Source: a virus
Taxonomy: Duplodnaviria > Caudoviricetes
IMG/VR virus record: IMGVR_UViG_2522572160_000003
Length of the DNA stretch: 64,000 nt
Strand: one strand, 5' to 3'
Part shown: piece after piece, positions 19,812 through 28,610 of the stretch
Layout: each line of letters begins with the position of its first letter
Position numbering within the stretch: the first letter of the stretch is position 1
Notes under the pieces: generated by a model
The model's database searches: none
What the model was told of the DNA's origin: nothing
The model's input: the letters and a program-made list of their open reading frames with translations, nothing else
Program-made: the position numbers and the translations under genes

Positions 19812-20588
19812 ATGGACCTTGATGAAAAAAATCAAAAGCATTTGGAACGTCAGCTAATTGCCTCGGAACGTAAACTGGGGCAGTACGACCCGCAAACAAT
19901 AAGTGTCGGATTGAATCTTGCACGCATCTATGTAGAACAAGGCCGTTTTGACAAAGCGGAGCCTCTCTATCTGAGAGACTTGCATTTCTTTGAAAGAATG
20001 GAAGGCGAGGACGGCATTTGCGTTGCTTTTTCATGTTCAAGAATCGGAGCATTTTACGAAGCATACGGAAAATTTGATCAGGCAGAGGCTATGTACTTGC
20101 GAGAACTGAAGATCATTGCATGCATTGATGACAACTTCCTTCCAGTACGTATTGCAAAGCTGTTAAAGGTTTCCTTAAGCCAGGAGAATTTTTCCAAGGC
20201 TCAGAAATACTGTGATAGTCTCATGAATTTAATCATAACGATTTTGAGAGAGGATTATAATAACGATGATGATTACGTCTCGGACTTATCGGATTTACTA
20301 AACGAAATGGCTTGGGCTTATCATGAGAAAGGCTGGAAAGAGCAGGCGCTGGGCTTGTATTTGAGGGGGATGGAGCTTTATGAGTTTTTTGGAGGAACGG
20401 ATCAACCCATGATGGCATTCTTGTCTCATGGCATGGGGCTGTTTTGTAGAGAAGCAGGCCACTCGATTTTAGCCGGGAAGTATCTTAATCAAGCGGTTGA
20501 ACTCGCCCAAATGCTTTGGGGGCCCGATGATCCGGACACGATTCGTTTTAAGAAAAATCTGACTGCTTTATCAATATTGCATCAATAA
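19812..20588 (+). CDS. Tetratricopeptide repeat protein (kinesin-light-chain type)
   Basis: NLARIYVEQGRFDKAEPLYLR, YGKFDQAEAMYLR, GPDDPDT. Confidence 0.85.
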   Translation: MDLDEKNQKHLERQLIASERKLGQYDPQTISVGLNLARIYVEQGRFDKAEPLYLRDLHFFERMEGEDGICVAFSCSRIGAFYEAYGKFDQAEAMYLRELKIIACIDDNFLPVRIAKLLKVSLSQENFSKAQKYCDSLMNLIITILREDYNNDDDYVSDLSDLLNEMAWAYHEKGWKEQALGLYLRGMELYEFFGGTDQPMMAFLSHGMGLFCREAGHSILAGKYLNQAVELAQMLWGPDDPDTIRFKKNLTALSILHQ

Positions 20589-20640
20589 ACTCCAAGAGAC
20601 AAGCCGCCGGGGCATTATTGGGGGAAAATGGAGTGTTGTT

Positions 20641-21348
20641 ATGAAACTTCTGGGGGTGACATTCACTGGTGTGGATTCAACTATTGATTTAAGTGAACTA
20701 AAGAAAATTCAAGATAATTTTCCATGGGTTGAGTGGGGGATTCTTCTTTCAGACTTTTACATGGGGACTCAGCTTAGATTCCCTGGTGAGGGCTGGTTAG
20801 CAGGACTTCGTTCGTTTGCCACTCAAAATGAACTAAACCTGTCTGGCCACTACTGTGGACGATGGGCAAGGGATGTGATCAAGGGCCTAAAATCGCCATT
20901 CACCAAGGAGGGTTTTAACCCTGATATTTTCAAAAGAATTCAGCTTAACACGAAAATTGATAAGCTACCGGTTCTCGATATTGTCGGATTGGCTAATACG
21001 ATCAAAAGCATGGATCAAGAATTCATTTTTCAGTGCAACGGGGGGCTTAATGATGCGGTGGTACTTCTATTGAACAGGTCTGGGATTAATGTTTCTGGCC
21101 TGTTTGATCGATCTGGAGGACATGGGTTGGTACCAGATAATTGGCCAGAACCATATAAAAATATCAAAATGGGGTATGCTGGTGGACTGAACCCGATAAA
21201 CCTTTCTTTAGAATTGGAAAAAATATCGGAAATCGTAGGGGAAGGAACTATTTGGATCGATATGGAAACAGGAATTCGGACGGATGATAAATTTGATTTG
21301 AAAAAAGTCTCCCTTTGCCTTGAAACCGCAGCCCCCTGGATCCAGTGA
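20641..21348 (+). CDS. Phosphoribosylanthranilate-isomerase-like TIM-barrel protein (orphan family)
   Basis: VTFTGVD, VEWGIL, LFDRSGGHG, GYAGGLNP, IWIDMETGIR. Confidence 0.7.
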   Translation: MKLLGVTFTGVDSTIDLSELKKIQDNFPWVEWGILLSDFYMGTQLRFPGEGWLAGLRSFATQNELNLSGHYCGRWARDVIKGLKSPFTKEGFNPDIFKRIQLNTKIDKLPVLDIVGLANTIKSMDQEFIFQCNGGLNDAVVLLLNRSGINVSGLFDRSGGHGLVPDNWPEPYKNIKMGYAGGLNPINLSLELEKISEIVGEGTIWIDMETGIRTDDKFDLKKVSLCLETAAPWIQ

Positions 21349-21478
21349 TTTGATGTCCTGGCACGTTTGCTGTTAAGGTGGGCGGAAATTACACAGAACC
21401 TTTACTATGCTTAATACTATCTTTAATTTTGAATATTTCAGCCCAAAAACTTGTTCCGAGATTTTACAATTGTTAGGA

Positions 21479-21859
21479 TTAAAAGGGTATTTTTTCATCG
21501 TGATAGTCAGCAGAGGAATAATCAGCGCTTTTTTTTCTCACTTCAGTAAACACTATCCTGAGCTCGCCTGCATTCTTCCCTCTCATTTTTGGACAAAGCA
21601 CAGGTTCCATGAAAAGGTCATCGGGCCATGTATCCAGGCGAAAGATGATTCTTTCCTGAGTTCTGAGGATATAATCCAGCGCCCAGGCATGAAATTTCTT
21701 CTTTGTCCTGATTGTATTGATTAATTTTCCGGGTTCCCCGGATTCAGTAATTTGGTAGATGTGGTGTATGTATGGTTTCATTGCCGGTTTCTTATCCCCT
21801 TTCACGATGGTATCTAAAAATGAACCACCAATTCGGGTAGTGTCCAGAATTTTTAGCAC
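21479..21859 (-). CDS. Hypothetical protein
   Basis: 126-aa ORF coupled to the upstream gene; ends ...DEKIPF. Confidence 0.55.
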   Translation of the reverse strand: MLKILDTTRIGGSFLDTIVKGDKKPAMKPYIHHIYQITESGEPGKLINTIRTKKKFHAWALDYILRTQERIIFRLDTWPDDLFMEPVLCPKMRGKNAGELRIVFTEVRKKSADYSSADYHDEKIPF

Positions 21860-21867
21860 TTTTGATT

Positions 21868-22989
21868 TTAAGTAGCCCCAACACCTGTTAAGACGATCAT
21901 GCTTTTGTATTTATTCTCCAATTCTATGGAGGCTGGCGTTTCATCGTGCCGGCCAGTTTCAAATTTCGCACTAATAAGATATGGCCGTATTCGATTCTTG
22001 CGGCGATACTGATCCAATCCACGCTCCATATCCTCAATAAGGACAACTATCATGTCTGCAATGGGGAATATTTTTTTTACGCGCTGGTCCTGGCTTAGCC
22101 CTTTCAAATTCTTGCAACATCCTGGTTTAATGCTTAAAAAGTTGTCTTCCAACATCCGCCTACCAATACCGTCATAGTCAGCTTCATAAAAATATTTTCC
22201 GCATGGAGACACCGCCATGTCTTCTGGAGCACTGAATATTTTAAAGCCATCACCTTTGCCAGTTCCTGTCCGTTCCTGTTCAGTGATCTCATATCGGCCC
22301 CCTGTTGTTATTTTCTCCAGCACACCAAATCGTCTATAGCCATAATGTGCTGTATCTCTACCGCTGGTGCTTCTCGGGTAGTAGGGACGGGTTTTAAAGA
22401 TCACTGTCAGAACATCTCCAAAAGGCACCATTTTGAGCACCTCGCCACAGTCTTCTATCCAACCAACAGGCTCCCTGGCCCACTCCTCATCTTGTTTCAC
22501 AACATAAAGACGGTTTCCATTGGCATACAACAAGTCTTCATTCCAAATAACAAAACAGTTTACCGGCGAATAGCGATAATATTTTTGGCCCAATTCTATA
22601 CGTTTGCGGCCATCGGAATAAAGAGGTATGGTATCAATTTGATTGCCTTCTATATCCCATTTAACAAAGGTTTCGTCTTCAAGGACCTGGGCTCCTATCC
22701 AAGACGGGCCTACAATCAGGTGTTGTATATCCCCAATATGAATGCAGGTTGGTTGGTGCTCAATGTGGTGGGCAATTATGGCATCATCCCCATTTTTAAA
22801 GCGAGACCATGTAAATATGGTTCGACTGTCACCGTCATCTAAGACCTGTAAATCAATATGAGTTGCAACTTTTGGTAAGGTTTGAATCACATGCGAATCT
22901 TGGAGTTTTGATCCACGAAACATACTATAGTGAATGTCAGTGGACCTGTCCGGAATTCCAATAAGCCCAAAAGTGCAATCGAAATTCAT
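21868..22989 (-). CDS. Hypothetical beta-rich protein
   Basis: 373 aa; AAGGAG RBS; possible propeller blade 'PEDMAVSPCGKYFY'. Confidence 0.7.
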   Translation of the reverse strand: MNFDCTFGLIGIPDRSTDIHYSMFRGSKLQDSHVIQTLPKVATHIDLQVLDDGDSRTIFTWSRFKNGDDAIIAHHIEHQPTCIHIGDIQHLIVGPSWIGAQVLEDETFVKWDIEGNQIDTIPLYSDGRKRIELGQKYYRYSPVNCFVIWNEDLLYANGNRLYVVKQDEEWAREPVGWIEDCGEVLKMVPFGDVLTVIFKTRPYYPRSTSGRDTAHYGYRRFGVLEKITTGGRYEITEQERTGTGKGDGFKIFSAPEDMAVSPCGKYFYEADYDGIGRRMLEDNFLSIKPGCCKNLKGLSQDQRVKKIFPIADMIVVLIEDMERGLDQYRRKNRIRPYLISAKFETGRHDETPASIELENKYKSMIVLTGVGAT

Positions 22990-23440
22990 TTAATCTCCTT
23001 CCATTGGGTTACGCCACATCCGTCCAAAACCGATTGTGTATCCAGCAGAACAGATTGAGCGTTGCAATCGCTCAATTTCCTTGTCAAGTTTGTACGCCAA
23101 TTGTTTGGATTATTGATCAATAAATACCACGCACAAAATATTCTGGCAAGCTCTGACATGAACTATGCGCCATGTCTTTTCATGGGCCCATTATTCGCCA
23201 ATGCAATTTTTAACAAAACTTATAGAGAAATAAATGTATTATGGAGGAGATGATTCTCAACAATAGGACGCTATTGTATTAAATTAGCTCCAATCCATTA
23301 CAAGAGACCGCATTCTCCAATGCGGTTTCTTGCTTTAAGGGGCCGAACAATCCCTATTCCAATCACTCCGTCTTTCCCCTATTCCACTCATCCCGAGTGA
23401 ATCCGTGATCCCAAACAATTCAAACCAAAGGAGTTTGCCT

Positions 23441-24874
23441 ATGATCAAGGAGTATTTGAAGGCCGGATATCCGGCCATATGCCTGTTGACGCAGGAGCCG
23501 CACCGCGCAGAAGCGGTGTTGCCTTGCGAGGGCTGGAGATTCGTCTCCTGGGACTGCCTACAGGGCATCATTGACCTGGAAGCCAAAAAGGTCCTGGAAG
23601 AGATCATCGACCCTGTCGAAGCCATTCGCTGGCTCGACAACTTCGGCGACACCGTGCTCATCGCCCACAACCTGCACCTGTTTCTCGAAGCCCCGGAGGT
23701 CGCCCAGGCCATCCAGAACGGCATTATCCGATGGAAAAGCATCGGCAGTGCGCTGGTCATGGTTTCCCCGGTGATCCAAATGCGGCCGGAGATCGAAAAG
23801 TATTTCCATATCATCGATCTGGCCCTGCCTTCCGACGAAGACCTGTTCACAATCCAGATGGATTTCGCCAAGAAGCTCAACGTCAAACCCAACCGGAAGG
23901 CGGCCCGCGCCGCAAAAGGACTCACCGAATTCGAAACCGAAACAGCCTACGCCCTGTCCCTTGTGAAAAAGGGCTACTTTTCCACCCGGGTCGTCACTGA
24001 GAACAAGGCTCAGATGATCCGCAAATCCGGCCTCATGGAGTTCTGGCAACCCGCAGACATTCAGGACGTGGGAGGATTGGACGCACTCAAATCGTTCATC
24101 GCCAACCGCATTCGAGCCTACGAATCGGACGGCGAATCCCTCCCCCGCCCCAAAGGAATATTGCTCTGCGGAGTTCCAGGGACTGGAAAATCTTTAACCT
24201 CCAAGGCAGTGGCATCATTGCTCAACTGGCCTCTCATCAAACTGGACATCGGCGCGTTGAAAAACTCTCTCGTAGGAGAATCCGAGCGCCGCATGCGCCA
24301 GGCAACCCAGGTGATCGACGCTTTCGGCGAAGCCATTATCTGGCTCGACGAGTGCGAAAAAATGTTCGCCGGGACCAAATCAAGCGGAGAAACCGACGCA
24401 GGCACAACCGCCGGAATGTTCAGCCATTTCTTAAACTGGATGGCCGAAACCAATAATTCCGTATTGGTCATGTGCACTGCAAACAACATCTCCCAACTGC
24501 CGCCCGAGTTTCTGCGAGCCGGTCGATTCGACGCAACCTTCTTCGTGGATCTTCCCACCAAGGCGGAGCGCATCGAAATCATCAAAATCATGAACCGCAA
24601 GTATAAAACCGACATCCCCCTATCATGGGCGGACCGGTTGACCGGGTTCACCGGCGCGGAAATCGAGCAACTGGCTAAAGACAGCCTGTTCGACGGCATA
24701 GACGAAGCATTTCAAAACCTGGTTCCCATATCCCGGTCCATGCGCGAAGAAATCAACGCGCTCAGGGATTGGGCCAAGAACCGGGCTCGACTGGCGAACA
24801 CGCCTGACAACCTCGAAACCGGTCAACGCAAACTGCGCACCGTTAAGAAGAAAGGAGGTGACACCAAGCATTGA
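23441..24874 (+). CDS. AAA+ ATPase, Ycf46-like
   Basis: VGGLDALK, Walker A GVPGTGKS, Walker B WLDECEK, LPPEFLRAGRFD; start trimmed to ATG after AAGGAG. Confidence 0.92.
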   Translation: MIKEYLKAGYPAICLLTQEPHRAEAVLPCEGWRFVSWDCLQGIIDLEAKKVLEEIIDPVEAIRWLDNFGDTVLIAHNLHLFLEAPEVAQAIQNGIIRWKSIGSALVMVSPVIQMRPEIEKYFHIIDLALPSDEDLFTIQMDFAKKLNVKPNRKAARAAKGLTEFETETAYALSLVKKGYFSTRVVTENKAQMIRKSGLMEFWQPADIQDVGGLDALKSFIANRIRAYESDGESLPRPKGILLCGVPGTGKSLTSKAVASLLNWPLIKLDIGALKNSLVGESERRMRQATQVIDAFGEAIIWLDECEKMFAGTKSSGETDAGTTAGMFSHFLNWMAETNNSVLVMCTANNISQLPPEFLRAGRFDATFFVDLPTKAERIEIIKIMNRKYKTDIPLSWADRLTGFTGAEIEQLAKDSLFDGIDEAFQNLVPISRSMREEINALRDWAKNRARLANTPDNLETGQRKLRTVKKKGGDTKH

Positions 24875-25290
24875 GCCACATTTCCAAAATCGAGGTGAGG
24901 ATCGACTCCCTCGACGCTCTGAAGCTCGCCTGCCATAGGCTGGGGTTCCAGTTCAACCAAAACCAGACCACGTACAAATGGTTCGGTCGATGGGTTGGAG
25001 ACGAGCCCTTGCCCGAAGGCGTAAGCGAAGAAGAGCTTGGCAAATGCCATCACGCCATCATCGTGCCCGAATGCGAGTACGAAATCGGCGTGGTCAAACG
25101 CGAATCCCATTACATCCTGTTGTGGGATTCATGGTATCGAGGCGGCTTGAAAAAGAAGATCGGCAAAAACGCCGGCATTCTCAAACAAGCCTACTCCATC
25201 GAAAAGATCAGGGCTGAAGCCCGCAAACGATCCTACCGCATCACCGAAAAACGGACGCCCCAAGGCATCCGCCTGACTCTCACCTGCTGA
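24871..25290 (+). CDS. DUF1257 (Ycf35-like) protein
   Basis: MSHISKIEVRI...LKLACHRLG...YEIGVV...LKQAY; follows a Ycf46-like ATPase. Confidence 0.8.
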   Translation: MSHISKIEVRIDSLDALKLACHRLGFQFNQNQTTYKWFGRWVGDEPLPEGVSEEELGKCHHAIIVPECEYEIGVVKRESHYILLWDSWYRGGLKKKIGKNAGILKQAYSIEKIRAEARKRSYRITEKRTPQGIRLTLTC

Positions 25291-25298
25291 GGACAATC

Positions 25299-25496
25299 AT
25301 GAAACAAATCATTTTGGACGTCTCCGACGACGGAGAGGTTCGCATTGAAACCCGAGGCTTTGCCGGAAAGGCTTGTCTGGAAGAGGCGCAGTTCATCAAG
25401 GATCTGCTGGGTAAGGAGCTTACCCGCAACCTGACTCCCGCCTATTACCAGGACGCCAAAAAGAAGGCGAAGCGCTACCTTAACCTTTGCGGATAG
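25299..25496 (+). CDS. DUF2997 protein
   Basis: DGEVRIETRGFAGKACLEE...LG...TPAYY. Confidence 0.85.
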   Translation: MKQIILDVSDDGEVRIETRGFAGKACLEEAQFIKDLLGKELTRNLTPAYYQDAKKKAKRYLNLCG

Positions 25497-25509
25497 AAAG
25501 GAAAACATT

Positions 25510-26373
25510 ATGGACGCCATTTTCAAGAAAGCATGTCTCGTACAATTCTCAGCCTCCGTGTGGCAGGGAACCCGCATGATCGATCCCGCCCTCATGGAAA
25601 GCCTGGGCCAGAACAGCGACTGGGTCAAAGCCCGCAAGAGGCTCATCAACCCCGAACTGTTAGGCCCCATCAAAACCGCCGTGCATCAGGCCCGAAACAA
25701 CATCCAGAAGCATGCATTGCCGTTTCCCATCACTGCGCTTTACCTGATTCCCAAGGAAAGCCTGACCATGATCGACGAAACCCTGCAGCAATTCAAGGAG
25801 CGTTTCTGGGCCAAGGTCAACGAGTTCGAGGCTCATTACGAAGAAGCCCGCGAGGAGGCGAAAGCCGTCCTGGGCGAATTGTGGAACGAAACCGACTACC
25901 CGAGCGACGTAACCGCCAAATTCAACTTTGAGTGGCGATTCCTCATCCTGGACGTCCCGAGCAAATCGAGCGTCCTGCCTCCCGAGGTATACGCCCGGGA
26001 AAAGGAGAAGTTCCAAAGCCTCATGGAAGAAACCCGTACTCTGGCCGCCGAAGCATTGGCCAAGGAGATGGGCGACATCGTCCATAATCTGTCGGAACGC
26101 TTATCCGGCGGCAACAAGACCTTGTCATCCAACATGCTGAACAAGCTCAAGGAGTTCCTGGACGCCTTTGAAACCAAGAACATCTTTGAAAACGAACGCC
26201 TGACGGAGCTGGTTACCCAAACCCGCGAGATCGTGGGCGGAGTCACTCCCTACGGACTTCGCTACAACGAATCCATCCGCCAGCGCATTTCAACTGACAT
26301 GGCCAACCTGAAATCCGCCATTGACGAAGCCATCGAAGACCTGCCCAGGCGCAAGCTCCGCCTGGCTGCGTAA
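25510..26373 (+). CDS. DUF3150-like protein
   Basis: Size, position and 'LPF...YLIP', 'YP...KFNFEW' motifs. Confidence 0.65.
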   Translation: MDAIFKKACLVQFSASVWQGTRMIDPALMESLGQNSDWVKARKRLINPELLGPIKTAVHQARNNIQKHALPFPITALYLIPKESLTMIDETLQQFKERFWAKVNEFEAHYEEAREEAKAVLGELWNETDYPSDVTAKFNFEWRFLILDVPSKSSVLPPEVYAREKEKFQSLMEETRTLAAEALAKEMGDIVHNLSERLSGGNKTLSSNMLNKLKEFLDAFETKNIFENERLTELVTQTREIVGGVTPYGLRYNESIRQRISTDMANLKSAIDEAIEDLPRRKLRLAA

Positions 26374-26430
26374 TTCCAAAGCGCATCCGATGCGTTTTCC
26401 ATACCTTATTAATAAGCAAAGGAGAAAACT

Positions 26431-26769
26431 ATGAACACCTGCATCATCAGCGGCAACCTGGGCGCGGACCCCGAATCCGTGTTCACCGCAGAAGGAACCC
26501 AAATCGCATCCTTCAACATCGCTTTTAGATCCTCCAAGGACAAGACCTCCTGGGTCAAAGTGTCCTGCTTCAACCGATTGGCTGAAGTCGTGGACAAGTA
26601 TCTCCACAAGGGCGCCAAAGTGGCCGTGGTCGGCATGCTGGATCAGGACAAGTGGGAGAAGGACGGGGCCACCCGCATCGCCCACAAGGTCATTGCCAAC
26701 AGCATCGAGTTCATCCGGACCGACGGACGCGGCTTTGACAACGGCGACGATGACGACATCCCCATCTAA
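26431..26769 (+). CDS. ssb: Single-stranded DNA-binding protein
   Basis: MNTCIISGNLGADPE, YLHKGAKVAVVG, acidic tail DDDDIPI. Confidence 0.93.
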   Translation: MNTCIISGNLGADPESVFTAEGTQIASFNIAFRSSKDKTSWVKVSCFNRLAEVVDKYLHKGAKVAVVGMLDQDKWEKDGATRIAHKVIANSIEFIRTDGRGFDNGDDDDIPI

Positions 26770-26783
26770 CAAGGAGGTGAACC

Positions 26784-27449
26784 ATGGCTGAAAAACCCAA
26801 ACTGGACGAACGCTTTATCATGCGCATCGAAGGCAAGGAGTTCGTGAAGTATCCCGGACTGCTGGACCTGGCGCATCAGAAAGGCATCGCCCAGATCGAA
26901 GTGGAGCCTTTGCAGTTCCCAACCGACGCCAACGGCATGTTCGCCATTTGCAAAGCGGTCGTCATAGCCAAAAACGGCGACAGCTTCAGCGATATCGGCG
27001 ACGCCAATCCCAACAATGTCAACTCCCGGATAGCCAGGCACCTTTTGCGCATGGCATCCACAAGGGCTATTGCAAGGGCTCTTCGGAGCTTCACCAATAT
27101 CGGCATGACCTGCCTGGAAGAGCTTGCAGACTTTGACGACGTCAAGGAGGAAAAACCTCCCAAGCAGACAACGGCAAAGAAGCAGACCAAGCCCAGGGCG
27201 GTCAAGAAGGAAGACAAACCGGTTGAAAAACCGGCTGAAAAGCCTGCCGATAAACCCAATGATAAGGCTGAAGATCGGCCCAGAATGAGCGAAGCTCAAA
27301 AGAAAGCCATCCACAACCTGGCTCAACGCCGGGGCATTGCTCCGGAAGAGTTGGATAAGATGGTTGAGGAAGCCTACGGCTCCGAGCTGTCTCACCTGAC
27401 ATCCACCGACGCATCCCAATTCATCCGCAGCCTGCAACAGGCCGCCTAA
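26784..27449 (+). CDS. Probable single-strand annealing protein (Rad52/RecT superfamily-like)
   Basis: 'FVKYPGLLDLAH'...'RMASTRAIARALR' core; K/P-rich linker; C-terminal 'SEAQKKAI...ASQFI' domain; between ssb and the exonuclease. Confidence 0.6.
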   Translation: MAEKPKLDERFIMRIEGKEFVKYPGLLDLAHQKGIAQIEVEPLQFPTDANGMFAICKAVVIAKNGDSFSDIGDANPNNVNSRIARHLLRMASTRAIARALRSFTNIGMTCLEELADFDDVKEEKPPKQTTAKKQTKPRAVKKEDKPVEKPAEKPADKPNDKAEDRPRMSEAQKKAIHNLAQRRGIAPEELDKMVEEAYGSELSHLTSTDASQFIRSLQQAA

Positions 27450-27537
27450 CCCAACCCACAACCTTTTGCACCATCGGGGCGCTAAAAAAATGGGCGCACC
27501 GGATAGGTGCGTCCATGCCCCGAAAAGGGGATTATCA

Positions 27538-28335
27538 ATGGATATAAAAGAGTTGAGGAAACAGCCGCATTTATCCGCATCCGGCGTCAACGCCTATGTG
27601 GAATGCGGGCTCCAATACAAGTTCTCCCGTGTGGATCATCTCATCCCGGAATTTCGAACCGACGTGCTCGAGTTCGGATCATGCATTCACAAAGCCCTGG
27701 CTGACTTCAACCAGGAGCGGATGCAAGGCAAAACGCCTGGCATCAAGGATTTGGAAGAATCCTTTGAGGAGCATTGGAATTGCATCGGCGAAAACGTGCA
27801 ATACGCCAAAGGCCGCAGTTTTGAAGATATGCTTGAGGAAGGCAAAGACCTGCTTCAGGCATCCTACGGCCACCTTATAGAAGATCCGTTCCAAATCATC
27901 GCCATCGAAGAGCCTTTCGTGTTCCAGATGGACGGACTGCCGGTCCCATTGATCGGAGTCATGGACCTGGTTTGCGAAGACGCGGACGGGACCATCATCA
28001 TCATCGACTACAAAACCACCAGCCGCGCCTATAGCGGGCGCGAAGCCAACGGCAACTTCCAACTCACCGTCTATCACATGGCCGCCAAGGCCAACGGATA
28101 CGCCGGCAGGGAAATCCTGCTCAGGCTGGACTGTCTGGTAAAGACCCGGACGCCGAAATTTGAACAACACTACACCACCCGCACTCGTAAAGACGAGAGC
28201 CGGGTGCTCCGGAAGATCCAGACGGTCTGGCAAGGAATCCAGGCCGGAATATTCGTACCCAACGACGCAAGCTGGAAATGCAACAACTGCGCTTACAAGC
28301 AGGCGTGCAATCAATGGCTTGAAGGAGGTGAATGA
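27538..28335 (+). CDS. PD-(D/E)XK nuclease, RecB/Cas4-like with four Cys
   Basis: HLSASGVNAYVECG, FGSCIH, GVMDLV, IIDYKT, QLTVY, KCNNCAYKQAC. Confidence 0.9.
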   Translation: MDIKELRKQPHLSASGVNAYVECGLQYKFSRVDHLIPEFRTDVLEFGSCIHKALADFNQERMQGKTPGIKDLEESFEEHWNCIGENVQYAKGRSFEDMLEEGKDLLQASYGHLIEDPFQIIAIEEPFVFQMDGLPVPLIGVMDLVCEDADGTIIIIDYKTTSRAYSGREANGNFQLTVYHMAAKANGYAGREILLRLDCLVKTRTPKFEQHYTTRTRKDESRVLRKIQTVWQGIQAGIFVPNDASWKCNNCAYKQACNQWLEGGE

Positions 28336-28610
28336 TGACCAACCAAACCGCAAACGCAGCCCAGGAATTCCTGACCGTAAACCATGGCGATCGCCAGCAT
28401 CAGATCGTCAACATCGAACTCATGATGCGCAGGCATCAGCCTGAAGAGGTGGTGGACTTCCTGGTCCGCCTCTCCCTCCAATACAAGAAGACATTGGCCC
28501 GCAGTATCCGAAGGGATCGCTCCGACCCGTTCATCAACGAACTGGTGGCAAGGCGCTTTAGAATCCGCATGGCTATCAATACCATCCGAAAGGAGGTGCG
28601 AGCCGCATGA
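28332..28610 (+). CDS. Hypothetical protein
   Basis: GGAGGT RBS; ATGA overlaps at both ends. Confidence 0.7.
   Translation: MMTNQTANAAQEFLTVNHGDRQHQIVNIELMMRRHQPEEVVDFLVRLSLQYKKTLARSIRRDRSDPFINELVARRFRIRMAINTIRKEVRAA

Noticed and set aside
20641-21348. trpF
   Set aside because: Lacks the KICG N-terminal motif and any trp operon context.
27538-28335. cas4 of a CRISPR system
   Set aside because: No cas1/cas2 or array; the context is SSB/annealase/UvrD.
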